From Nitrosopumilus sp. (GTDB lineage: Archaea > Thermoproteota > Nitrososphaeria > Nitrososphaerales > Nitrosopumilaceae), in contig OY763927.2 in the NCBI GenBank assembly GCA_963667665.2, positions 1,440,001-1,504,000 of the forward strand: a stretch of 64,000 nt of DNA. The letters are read 5' to 3'. Under the pieces are notes generated by a model, which searched no databases, was not told the DNA's origin, and was given only the letters and a program-made list of their open reading frames with translations. The translations under genes were made by a program, and so were the position numbers. Positions 42,162-51,401 of the stretch are shown here, one piece after another (positions within the stretch are counted from its first letter, which is position 1; each line of letters starts with the position of its first letter).

Positions 42162-42830
42162 TTATCGTTTTTTGCTAAGAAACAAAATACCAACTATTGC
42201 AAAAAGACCTATTGCAAGAAAAAATGGATACAATGCAAAGATGTTCTTTGCAGGATCACCTGATAGAAACTCTACAATTATGCTTCCAGAATTTACTGCA
42301 GGAGGATCAGTGGAGCCTTCCAATCCATGCACAGAGTAGGAATCAATTGCAAATACATCAATAGCTAGATTTGTAACAACAATTCTTCCCCCATTATTCA
42401 CAGTTAGTCCTGCTCTGTCAGTATAAGACATGAGAACTTTAGCCTCTGGATACCAACCTCTATCTAAATCTCTGAAAATTATAATATATCCTTCCTTTGG
42501 AGTTTTTACTGCAACCCATAATTTGTTATCAGGTTGGGATCCCATTCCAATTTCAATAAATTCTGTTGCTGAATGATCTTGATTATAAATTCGAAGTACA
42601 GCATCTCCATTTGGATTTGCATAAAGTAGATTGTTATCAATTGTTACTTGCCAGCTAGTACTATGTACATCATCAAGTGATATAATTGGTGCATCTCGTA
42701 AAACTCTGTTAAATTCTTCTGCAGGAATTTCTATTGTATCAATAATTACAGTAGGATTATTCACTTCTTGAGCAAATGCTGAAGTGGTAAAAAATCCTGC
42801 AAGTAAAACTATAGCAAGTAAATATTTCAC
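42162..42830 (-). CDS. Exported hypothetical protein with C-terminal TM anchor
   Basis: Signal peptide ending AFAQ; C-terminal hydrophobic helix followed by KKR. Confidence 0.7.
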   Translation of the reverse strand: MKYLLAIVLLAGFFTTSAFAQEVNNPTVIIDTIEIPAEEFNRVLRDAPIISLDDVHSTSWQVTIDNNLLYANPNGDAVLRIYNQDHSATEFIEIGMGSQPDNKLWVAVKTPKEGYIIIFRDLDRGWYPEAKVLMSYTDRAGLTVNNGGRIVVTNLAIDVFAIDSYSVHGLEGSTDPPAVNSGSIIVEFLSGDPAKNIFALYPFFLAIGLFAIVGILFLSKKR

Positions 42831-42860
42831 AAGCTAGAGAAAATTTGATTGAATAAATAT

Positions 42861-44003
42861 CTAATCAACAAAAGGTTTTGGATGATCTAAAATTACTTTT
42901 GCTACTTCTGGTCTAAGAATAAATTCAGATGGGGATTGACCATTTTGAATCATCTCTCTTAGTTTAGTTCCACTAATCTGCTCTTTTGCATCATCATCAT
43001 GTGGACATGCCTTTGGGTTTGTGTATGTAAGACATTTCTTACAATAGAAAAATGGTGGGAAAAATACTGGAGAAATTTCTAATTCTGGATAATCATCAAA
43101 TATTTTTTGTGCAGCAAATGGATCATAAAATTTTCCTACACCTGCATGGTCACGTCCAATTATGATGTGTGTGCATCCATAGTTTTGTCTCATAATTGCA
43201 TGATGAATTGCCTCTTTTGGACCTGCATACTTCATCTCAGTATGTAATGTTCCAAGTTTGCATCTGTTTTCTGGATAGTATAATTTTATCATGATTTCAT
43301 AGCATTTTACAATAACCTCATCAACAAAGTCACCAGATTTTTTCTTACCAATAATTGGATTTACAAATACTCCATCCCGTGTTGTAATTGATGTTTTTTG
43401 TAGCATTTCATGTGCAACATGTGGAGGATTTCTGGTTTGAAATGCACAAATTGTCTTCCATCCTGCTTGTGCAAATGCTTCTCTTGTTTGTTTAGGAGTT
43501 AGTCTATTTTTTCTAATTTCAGTATCTTCTGGTCTTTGAATATAATCAATTTTTCCACTTACCAGATAATCCTTCATTGACATTGTCTTTGCAACACCTG
43601 GATGAGATGAATCAGTTGTTCCATAGACTCCTTGTACGGTTTTTTCTTTATCAAAAGAATATGTTTCCTCAACATGTAATACTGCAACACCTACTCCTTG
43701 AGGATTCTTTAATAATACATCTCCTGATTCTTTCATTTTAGAAGCAGTAGATTCATCAACATCAAGAACAGTTGGAATGGTCCAAGCTAAATCATTTGTT
43801 AATCTTCCTCTTGAAACAACGCTTTCAAAATCTTGTTGTCCTAAAAATCCCTCAAGAGGGCTAAAAATTCCATCTGCTATATTTTCAACATCATTTGCAA
43901 GATCTTCACTAATTGTAATTGAGAATAATCCAGTAGGATCAACTTTAGTAATTCTATTTATCAATACCCCGCCGTGTGGTTTAATTGAATTGTTTTCTGA
44001 CAT
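42861..44003 (-). CDS. sat: Sulfate adenylyltransferase
   Basis: [36 protein letters not shown]. Confidence 0.96.
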   Translation of the reverse strand: MSENNSIKPHGGVLINRITKVDPTGLFSITISEDLANDVENIADGIFSPLEGFLGQQDFESVVSRGRLTNDLAWTIPTVLDVDESTASKMKESGDVLLKNPQGVGVAVLHVEETYSFDKEKTVQGVYGTTDSSHPGVAKTMSMKDYLVSGKIDYIQRPEDTEIRKNRLTPKQTREAFAQAGWKTICAFQTRNPPHVAHEMLQKTSITTRDGVFVNPIIGKKKSGDFVDEVIVKCYEIMIKLYYPENRCKLGTLHTEMKYAGPKEAIHHAIMRQNYGCTHIIIGRDHAGVGKFYDPFAAQKIFDDYPELEISPVFFPPFFYCKKCLTYTNPKACPHDDDAKEQISGTKLREMIQNGQSPSEFILRPEVAKVILDHPKPFVD

Positions 44004-44013
44004 GCAAAATTCT

Positions 44014-44730
44014 CTATTTATGGTCTATATGAAGGCCACATTCTTTGTTTCCACCTTCTTCCCACCACCATCTTCCTGCACGAAGGTCTTCTCCAGGCTT
44101 TATAGCTCTTGTACAAGGCTCACAACCAACACTTGGATAACCTTTCGCAAGAAGACTGTTTTGTGGAAGATTATTCTTTTTGATATATTCTTGAACTTGT
44201 TCCCAAGTCCAATCAATGATTGGATTAATCTTTAGAATTCCATCATGTCCATGGTCTAATTGAAAGATTGAAATATTTTCTCGGGTTTGGGTCTGATCAC
44301 GTCTCAACCCAGTAATCCATCCATCCAATGTACTAAGTATTTTGTTAATTGGATGTACTTTACGAATTTCACAACACAATTTTCTATTTTCTACACTTTC
44401 ATAGAAAAGATTCACCCCCTTTTCTCTAACCATATCTTCAACTTCTTTGGCATCAGGGAATAGTACTTCAATTGAAATATTGTATTTTTTTCGTACTAGA
44501 TCCATAATGTCATAGGTTTCTTGTGGTAGTCTTCCAGTATCTAATGTAAAGAATCTAAATTTTGGATTAATTTTTATCATAATATCCATTATTACTGAAT
44601 CTTCTGCACCAAAGCTTGATGCTTTTGCAACTTTAGGGTGAAGATTATCTGAGGCCCATTGAAGTGCCTCTTCAGCAGTCTTTATTCTTGAATTAAGATC
44701 ATCTACTTGTTCTTGTGTGAATTTTGTCAT
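44014..44730 (-). CDS. cysH: APS/PAPS reductase
   Basis: [37 protein letters not shown]; Fe-S cysteines suggest APS reductase type. Confidence 0.93.
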   Translation of the reverse strand: MTKFTQEQVDDLNSRIKTAEEALQWASDNLHPKVAKASSFGAEDSVIMDIMIKINPKFRFFTLDTGRLPQETYDIMDLVRKKYNISIEVLFPDAKEVEDMVREKGVNLFYESVENRKLCCEIRKVHPINKILSTLDGWITGLRRDQTQTRENISIFQLDHGHDGILKINPIIDWTWEQVQEYIKKNNLPQNSLLAKGYPSVGCEPCTRAIKPGEDLRAGRWWWEEGGNKECGLHIDHK

Positions 44731-44813
44731 ATTTTCACTTGAAGTATTTGTTTTATATTGATTACCCGAGTTTTGTCCTAAATTATAAACAAGTAGATTT
44801 CAAAATAGAAAAT

Positions 44814-45929
44814 ATGAATGAAATATCATACGTTGTAGTTTTTCCAACTATATTTACAAAAAATAAAATTTCACAGTTAATTACAAATATCAAAAAAATT
44901 CTTAAAATAAAAAATCAGGAATTCAAATCTGTAAAACGTGATGGTGATGTAATTTTAGTTGATGCAAACGATCCTGTATTTGCATCATCTGCAATTAACT
45001 TACTTTTTGGAATAGAAAAAATTGCAATTGCCAGACATATTAAAAATAATTTTCAAGATGTAGTTTCTGAAATTACATCAGTAGGTGGTAATCTGCTCTT
45101 AAAAGGTGAAAAATTTCTAGTAAAAGTTGAAGGAACATCAAAAGGATTTCTCACAAAAGATGTAGAAATTGCAGCAACATCAAGCATAATAGAAAAAAAA
45201 TCTAATTTGGGAGCTCGTCCTGGAACAGAAGAAAATTATGATAAATTGTTGTATACATATTTAACAAAAAATAACGCATACATCTGTATTTTTTCAGATA
45301 AAGGAAAGGGTGGTATTCCATATCAATCACAAAATCAGAAAACAATTTGTGCAGTATATGATGAATTATCAGCAGTTTCTTGTTTTGAGACAATAAAACA
45401 AGGTTATGATACAAAGATCATTGTATGTTATAGACAAAAATCAGAATTAATGAATCTAGCCAAAATAATTAATCAAATAATTCCAAGACTAGTACAAGAC
45501 AAAATTGAATTAGAATTTTATCATCTAAAGATAAAACCGAATGGAATTAAAAATTACTTGATCTATGTAAATTCTATACTAGAGATAATGCTACAATATT
45601 CAAACAATCATGTATCACTAGCTTTATCTCCATTAGTATTTTCCACGAATTTTATTGATAGTTCATTAAACCGAGTATTTGAAAAGAAAAAAATTCCCAT
45701 AATTCCACTTGTTGGAGTAGATACTAGTTTGTTTGATGAAGCAAAAGAGATCGGATTGGAAAGAAATATCAAAAAATTAGAAAAAATAGTCACAATCAAT
45801 TCAAATGAAATTCCTGTTTTTTCAAAAAAAGAAGTAACATCTGCTCTTAAAACAAAGAAAAAGATTTCAGTTCAGGTAGGACCTAATAATCTTCATGATA
45901 TTTTAGATTCCCTAGAGGAGAATCACTGA
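44814..45929 (+). CDS. ThiI-like THUMP-domain protein with degenerate PP-loop
   Basis: LLFGI, F.V.V, GKGGIP; SGGxDS replaced by VYDELS; ATG at 44814 preferred. Confidence 0.6.
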   Translation: MNEISYVVVFPTIFTKNKISQLITNIKKILKIKNQEFKSVKRDGDVILVDANDPVFASSAINLLFGIEKIAIARHIKNNFQDVVSEITSVGGNLLLKGEKFLVKVEGTSKGFLTKDVEIAATSSIIEKKSNLGARPGTEENYDKLLYTYLTKNNAYICIFSDKGKGGIPYQSQNQKTICAVYDELSAVSCFETIKQGYDTKIIVCYRQKSELMNLAKIINQIIPRLVQDKIELEFYHLKIKPNGIKNYLIYVNSILEIMLQYSNNHVSLALSPLVFSTNFIDSSLNRVFEKKKIPIIPLVGVDTSLFDEAKEIGLERNIKKLEKIVTINSNEIPVFSKKEVTSALKTKKKISVQVGPNNLHDILDSLEENH

Positions 45930-45959
45930 GAATTTAAACGGCATATTTAGTTTCATATT

Positions 45960-47195
45960 GTGCTCAAAATAGGAGAATTCATCTATCCATGGGGAAGTGG
46001 TCATTATTCTCGAATGATGAGGCTAAATGAGGTATTAGGTGACTACATAAAAGAAGACTTTGATGTTCATTTTTCAAGCAAAGGTCATGTTTATGAAAAA
46101 TTATTAAAAAAATTTCCAGACAAAAAAGAAAAAATTCATGAGATCTTAATGCCAACACCAATTGATGGAAAATTTGGTCCAAGCGTTTCAATGTCATTGA
46201 TGAATTTGTTATTACCTGTTTCAAAGAATCCTTCATTGGTAAGACAGATTGCAAACTATTTGAGAGAAGAGAGAAAACTCTACAACAAAGAAAAATTTGA
46301 TCTTGTAATCAATGATGGGGATATGGGTTCAAATATTTTGGCAAGAAATAGAAACATTCCAAGTTTGTTTATTACAAATCAATTTAGACCTAAACTATAC
46401 AATTCAAGATCATATCTTTATCCATCATTAATTTTTATTGCAAAACAAATTGTTAAAGCATCAAAAATTCTTGTTGCTGATTCACCACCACCATATACTA
46501 TATGTGAATATAATCTAAATTTCATAAAAGAAGCAGAAGAGAAGGTAACGTATGTAGGATATTTTACAAATAACAAACAAATCAAAAAAGAAAATATTTC
46601 AGATCTTGAAAAATTAGTTGAAAATAATGAATTTGGTTATTGGATGAGAACTGGAAACAAATCGACAAATGATGGAACTGGTCAGAGATATGAAGAAGTA
46701 TTTCATCAAGATGAGATGAGAAATGAAAAAAGAATTATTTCACATGCAAGAAATGATTCAAACATAGATTCTGTTACAGGAAAAGATGGTAAAAAATATT
46801 CAATTTCAGAAGCTTTGGATAAAAAAGTAGATTGGATACAAATCGATATTGGTTTTCTTTCAGAACAAGAAAAAGATACAATACTGAATTTGTGCAAATA
46901 TGCAGTTGTTAATGGCTCTCACACTGTAATGGGTGAGATTATTGGTGGAAAATCAAAACCAATAATTGGAATTCCGATCTATGATGAGCACACAAATAAC
47001 ATTAGATGGGCAGAAGAGAAAAATCTAGGAGTACTAGCCATGAAAACAAAGCAAGTAACTCAAGCAATATCCAAAATTAAAGAGAATTATGAAGAATTTG
47101 AAGAAAATTTGAGTGAATTTTCAAAGAATTTTGTTCCTAATGGAGCAGAGAATTTAGCAAAGATTGCAGCTCAGACTTTGGAAGAAAAGAGATAA
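45960..47195 (+). CDS. GT-B glycosyltransferase (GT28/MJ1255-like)
   Basis: GSGHYSR, DLVINDG, NGSH..MGE, PIIGIPIYDEH..N. Confidence 0.75.
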   Translation: MLKIGEFIYPWGSGHYSRMMRLNEVLGDYIKEDFDVHFSSKGHVYEKLLKKFPDKKEKIHEILMPTPIDGKFGPSVSMSLMNLLLPVSKNPSLVRQIANYLREERKLYNKEKFDLVINDGDMGSNILARNRNIPSLFITNQFRPKLYNSRSYLYPSLIFIAKQIVKASKILVADSPPPYTICEYNLNFIKEAEEKVTYVGYFTNNKQIKKENISDLEKLVENNEFGYWMRTGNKSTNDGTGQRYEEVFHQDEMRNEKRIISHARNDSNIDSVTGKDGKKYSISEALDKKVDWIQIDIGFLSEQEKDTILNLCKYAVVNGSHTVMGEIIGGKSKPIIGIPIYDEHTNNIRWAEEKNLGVLAMKTKQVTQAISKIKENYEEFEENLSEFSKNFVPNGAENLAKIAAQTLEEKR

Positions 47196-47219
47196 TACAT
47201 TATTTTTAGAATTTTGTTC

Positions 47220-47287
47220 ATCTGGCACGCGGGATTTCGATGGGCGAACGGACCGAAAGGAATGATGAAAAAATCCGCGTGTCAGAT
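47220..47287 (+). ncRNA. Candidate structured RNA: long GC-rich stem with GAAA tetraloop and box C-like ATGATGA
   Basis: ATCTGGCACGCGGGATTT pairs with AAATCCGCGTGTCAGAT (one G-U, one bulge); GC-rich island in an AT-rich intergenic region. Confidence 0.55.
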
Positions 47288-47348
47288 TAATATCGATCAA
47301 TCAGGAGTGTGGGAACGCTTTTATGGAAAAAATCTTGCCAAATCATCA

Positions 47349-47657
47349 GTGCCTAATTGCCCAGAATGTACAGCAAGAGAGAAAAAGAAGATCATAGCAA
47401 AGTATGAAGCAGAAACTGCAGAAGAAGACAGAGGTAGAGATGATTTATTCAAATTATTTGATGAGATTGAAATTCCAATGAAAATGGATTCTGCCACAAA
47501 GCATTTCATTTGTAAAAGATGTGGATTATACGCAACAAGAGAACAAGTATCAGATATCAGATACAAACTAAATCAAAGAGAAAAAACACGGGAAGACAAA
47601 CATGATGACTATTTAGAATGGTGGTCAAAAAGTAAAAAAGAAAAACAAGAACTATAA
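47349..47657 (+). CDS. Zinc-finger protein (CPEC...CKRCG)
   Basis: Probable GTG start at 47349 (MPNCPECTAREKK...); the ORF-track N-terminal extension runs through the RNA hairpin. Confidence 0.75.
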   Translation: MPNCPECTAREKKKIIAKYEAETAEEDRGRDDLFKLFDEIEIPMKMDSATKHFICKRCGLYATREQVSDIRYKLNQREKTREDKHDDYLEWWSKSKKEKQEL

Positions 47658-47669
47658 AGAATTTAAGAT

Positions 47670-48062
47670 ATGGTAAAAAAGAAAGAAGATGAAATTCCTG
47701 ATTGGGTTTCTGATGAGATTCAAAATGCAAAATTTCAGAAACCAGAAGAGATGAAAAAATCAGGATACATTCTAGAATTTTATAATGCAGACAACAAAGT
47801 AGATGTACAGTTGTATGACGTTATAGAAGATGGAAGACATATAGTTACAATGGACTTGCCAAAAAAGATAAAAATTGATGATTTGGTTAAAGGAGAAGTT
47901 TATGAGTTTGTTTTTGATCAACACAAAGCTCCAATAAGCAAAAAAGCTTCAGAATATCTAGATAAAGAAATTGAAATGACTGCAATTTACCAATTTGAAT
48001 TAAAATCACTAGAATTGTTAGATGTAGGCTCTAGTGAGGCTGCAGATAATGCAGAAGAATAA
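47670..48062 (+). CDS. Conserved-looking hypothetical protein
   Basis: 130-aa ORF co-oriented 12 bp after the previous gene; no motif recognised. Confidence 0.7.
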   Translation: MVKKKEDEIPDWVSDEIQNAKFQKPEEMKKSGYILEFYNADNKVDVQLYDVIEDGRHIVTMDLPKKIKIDDLVKGEVYEFVFDQHKAPISKKASEYLDKEIEMTAIYQFELKSLELLDVGSSEAADNAEE

Positions 48063-48063
48063 G

Positions 48064-48864
48064 CTAGTTCTTCTTTGTAGAATCTAATTGCTTTTTGAAA
48101 GATTTTCCTAATATAGGATTGATAAAATAAGGAAATGTATTTTTCATCCATACAGCACCACGTACTACAGATGGAACTATAATTTCCAGTCTTGGAGAGT
48201 TTGCTGCCTTCAAAATTGCTTTGGCTACAGTTTTTGAACTAAGTGACATTGGTGAGTATTTTGGCATTTTTTCAAATGAAGAATGATCAAAAAAATTAGT
48301 TCTAACCATGATTGGACTGACAACAGTGATGCCAACTCCAGTATTTTTTAGTTCATATTTCAGACCCTCAGAGAATCCTAACATTGCAAATTTAGATGCA
48401 CAGTATGAAGCAATTCTAGGCAAACCAAAGCTGGCTGCAACAGATGCAACATTCACTATATGACCAGATTTTTTCTTTAGCATTGATGGAAGAAAATTTT
48501 TGATACAGTAAATCATACCAAAATAATTTGTTTCCATCTGTGATTCTATCTCATCTATAGTAAGATCAGATACAGAACCATAAATTGCAAAACCAGCATT
48601 ATTTACCAAGAAATCAATAGAATCAAATTTTTCTAAAACAGTTTTTGACATTTCATTTACTTGATCTTTTTTTGAAACATCACATTGACAAACTAGTACA
48701 GATGTATGAAATTCTTTTAATTCATTTTCAACTTGTTCAAGTTTGTCTTTTCTTCTTGCAACTAAAATTATGTTAGCTCCTAGTTTTGCAAATTCTATTG
48801 CTGTTTGTTTACCAATTCCAGATGATGCACCAGTAATTAGAACTACTTTACTTTTGAAATCCAC
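48064..48864 (-). CDS. Short-chain dehydrogenase/reductase
   Basis: TGASSGIG, NNAG, YCASK. Confidence 0.95.
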   Translation of the reverse strand: MDFKSKVVLITGASSGIGKQTAIEFAKLGANIILVARRKDKLEQVENELKEFHTSVLVCQCDVSKKDQVNEMSKTVLEKFDSIDFLVNNAGFAIYGSVSDLTIDEIESQMETNYFGMIYCIKNFLPSMLKKKSGHIVNVASVAASFGLPRIASYCASKFAMLGFSEGLKYELKNTGVGITVVSPIMVRTNFFDHSSFEKMPKYSPMSLSSKTVAKAILKAANSPRLEIIVPSVVRGAVWMKNTFPYFINPILGKSFKKQLDSTKKN

Positions 48865-48891
48865 AAATTAAAAAAACTCACTTGAAGATAA

Positions 48892-48903
48892 AGTGGTTTC
48901 TAT
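48892..48903. repeat. att site (left copy) AGTGGTTTCTAT
   Basis: Identical to 60098-60109; lies 28 bp upstream of the SDR start. Confidence 0.8.
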
Positions 48904-48962
48904 GGTAGTTTTTTACCGTATAAACACAAAATTTAGGCTCAAATTAGAGAAAAATAGAGAAA

Positions 48963-49268
48963 TTATGAAAATAGTTCTTCTGGTTCTGGCCCAAACATTT
49001 GTTTTGCATCTTCTATAAAATAAAGAAAATTTCCTCGTAATACCGCAACCTTGGCTTTTCTTTCACAGCATCTTTGAACAAATTCAACATCACGTGTTAC
49101 AATGGTTAGGTTGTTTTTTACTGCATAATCTGTAATTTCATCATCATCAATAAGATCAATTAATTCTTCTCTTCCTGCACAAACAACATTATAGTTTTTG
49201 TCGATTTCTGCTTTATTATTTAGATAATTTCCTGATGACATTATATCAAAAATTAAATCTATATGCAC
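48963..49268 (-). CDS. PIN-like protein (DUF5615/Mut7-C type)
   Basis: LIFD.M near N-terminus; DDEITDYAVKNNLTIVTRDVEF matches D.EI...A.......VT.D.DF. Confidence 0.7.
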   Translation of the reverse strand: MHIDLIFDIMSSGNYLNNKAEIDKNYNVVCAGREELIDLIDDDEITDYAVKNNLTIVTRDVEFVQRCCERKAKVAVLRGNFLYFIEDAKQMFGPEPEELFS

Positions 49269-49302
49269 ATAGTATTTTAGTGATATTTATGATTGAGTTA
49301 TG

Positions 49303-49425
49303 TTAATCATATCGAATTGTACAATTACAACCATTTTGTTTGCATGATTGATTACGATTTGTTACACTATGCCATAATTTGGGATGATTGCAAACTTGAC
49401 AGATAAGATTATCATCAAAGATCAT
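49303..49425 (-). CDS. Cys/His-rich microprotein (40 aa)
   Basis: Manual translation MIFDDNLICQVCNHPKLWHSVTNRNQSCKQNGCNCTIRYD; starts 1 nt after the upstream stop. Confidence 0.65.
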   Translation of the reverse strand: MIFDDNLICQVCNHPKLWHSVTNRNQSCKQNGCNCTIRYD

Positions 49426-49426
49426 T

Positions 49427-50113
49427 TTATTGAAATGTTAATTTTGTTTTAAAATCTAAATCAAATCCATTTTTCTTAAGAGATTCTTTAACATCTTTAA
49501 GAATAGGGTCTACATCAATTTGCAGATATGGTTGACTAGTCATAGTTTTGATTCCTTCTGATCTCTTTCTATAATCTTCCATTACAGCAGGATATTCAGG
49601 GGTATTTTTTATAAAACCACTAATGTAGATTATTGCTGCTTTGGCTGCTTTGTATAATTTAATTTGTCCTTGGAAATAGTCAGGATCAATATCTGGAATC
49701 ATTATAAAAGAACCATCCGGTGCATAGGTAATTCCATGTGCAGTATGATTATTTCTCCATTTACAAATTCTAGTTTTTTGATCTTCAACAACTTTCCATG
49801 CATCAGAAAGTGATTTTTCTAGATTTTGTCTTTCGGGAGTTGTTAGATGAGTTACTAGATCTTTATGTATTTCTAATAATGAAAATAATTGTACTACATT
49901 GAAATCAAAACAAATTCTTGATGTAATTGCATATTCTTATAAATCTACACCTAATTTTTCAGCTTCTTCTTTTTCATCTTCAGTATAGATGGTCTTGATA
50001 TTTGCAGGATCAAGTTTTGGAGCAAGTCTATCTAAAACAAAATCTGAATAGACTAAGCGTTGTCCAAGATTATGTAATCTTATCAAACAAGTTTCAAAAG
50101 TACTTACAGTCAT
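49427..50113 (-). pseudogene. HEPN-motif protein (229 codons) with in-frame TAA at 49937-49939
   Basis: ATG overlaps hsdS TGA (ATGA); frame open except codon 59; contains WRNNHTAHG (R-x5-H); joins ORF 49427-49702 in frame. Confidence 0.7.
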
Positions 50114-51399
50114 ACTCTAATTTCTCCTGACATAAGCTTTGGTAGAAGAGAATCTTTTATTTGAGAAAGTGTTTCAATTTCTCTTTTACATTGAATAATT
50201 TGTCTAAAAAGTGGAAGAGAAATCTTTGAAAATTCATCTAATAATTTTTTTTCAGGTATTACATCAATCATATTTTTTAATGAACTTCCTGCATGTAAGA
50301 TAATTGATCCTGTAGAAGATTCCCATAAAATTTGTTGTATTGTTTCTGATTTCATTAAGAAGTAAATGAAAGGCTTTGAGAAATAATTATCTTTAGAATA
50401 TACTTTTCTAATTCCTGAAGAATATGATCCAATAATACCTGTTTGCACTCTTCCAACAGTTCCATCAAAGAATACTAAGATATCTTCGTATTCAGATATG
50501 GTATTTTTTATTAATGATTGTTCCACAAAGGTTTTACAAATAGAGTTATCAGCCATTTCACGCACACGATAAAATTTGATTGAGTTTTCATTAGATTCAG
50601 TAAGATAATTTTTTGAACCTGGCTCAATGCCTTTTTCAAATGTTAATAATTTTCCATAATTTTCTACATCCCATCCAATTGGAATATATTTTTTAAGTTC
50701 ATCATTGTAAATTATTTTTTTATTTGAAAAGTCATAGTCTATAAACCATTTTTTAAAAATTATATTTCCAATGATTTCAGGTAGTTTAATCATTTGAAGT
50801 TTAAGTTCAATGTTTTTATCCATAATATTTAGAATTTTAGCAATTTTTTGTTGTTCCAATAAAGAAGGTAAAACAATTGGAATTCGTTCAATTATTTTCT
50901 GATTTAGTGATAACATTGTTGAACCAGTTGCATGATGTAAAAACCAATTACGAATCATAGGAGTTTGTAATTGATATGCAATGAATTGAGAATCACAAGT
51001 TTTAGGTAATCGTAATCTTATTCCATCAGAGCCTAGAAACCAACCATTTTGTTCAAATCTAATAAATGCAGAACGATCTACTGAGCCTTTACGAGCAAAA
51101 ACAATATCACCTTCTTTAAGCAAAAATGTAGGTAATCGTTTTACTACTTCAATAGGGGCCCTAGGTGTTGAATCATTAATTTTAATTGTTCCATATCTAA
51201 TTTCTCCAACAGAAATAATTGGAACACCGTGAGTAGAATATTCATGGGCTTTTAGAACTGTTCCAAATGGACCTGTTTTGATATACCCCCCATCTTTTCC
51301 AATTATATCTCCAATAGTTGTTGTAATCCAATTATTGGAGGGAATTGAACCAGGATTGTTTATTGATTCAGTTTGAAGTTTGTTCTTTTTAGATTTCAA
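50110..51399 (-). CDS. hsdS: Type I R-M specificity subunit
   Basis: Two TRDs; TGPFG, P.L.EQQKIA.IL, IP.GW, L..IKDSLLPKLMSGEIRV. Confidence 0.93.
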   Translation of the reverse strand: MKSKKNKLQTESINNPGSIPSNNWITTTIGDIIGKDGGYIKTGPFGTVLKAHEYSTHGVPIISVGEIRYGTIKINDSTPRAPIEVVKRLPTFLLKEGDIVFARKGSVDRSAFIRFEQNGWFLGSDGIRLRLPKTCDSQFIAYQLQTPMIRNWFLHHATGSTMLSLNQKIIERIPIVLPSLLEQQKIAKILNIMDKNIELKLQMIKLPEIIGNIIFKKWFIDYDFSNKKIIYNDELKKYIPIGWDVENYGKLLTFEKGIEPGSKNYLTESNENSIKFYRVREMADNSICKTFVEQSLIKNTISEYEDILVFFDGTVGRVQTGIIGSYSSGIRKVYSKDNYFSKPFIYFLMKSETIQQILWESSTGSIILHAGSSLKNMIDVIPEKKLLDEFSKISLPLFRQIIQCKREIETLSQIKDSLLPKLMSGEIRV

Positions 51400-51401
51400 A
51401 A

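Noticed and set aside
44724-44813. Long N-terminus of the ThiI-like ORF overlapping cysH
   Set aside because: This is the divergent promoter region; ATG at 44814 is the likely start
47220-47287. Hairpin as SRP RNA, hammerhead ribozyme or fluoride riboswitch
   Set aside because: Far too short for archaeal SRP RNA, and lacks the CUGAUGA/GAAA three-stem core or the fluoride aptamer consensus
47214-47348. N-terminal extension of the Zn-finger ORF (MFIWHAGFRW...)
   Set aside because: It runs through the GC-rich hairpin and has atypical composition; GTG at 47349 is the more plausible start
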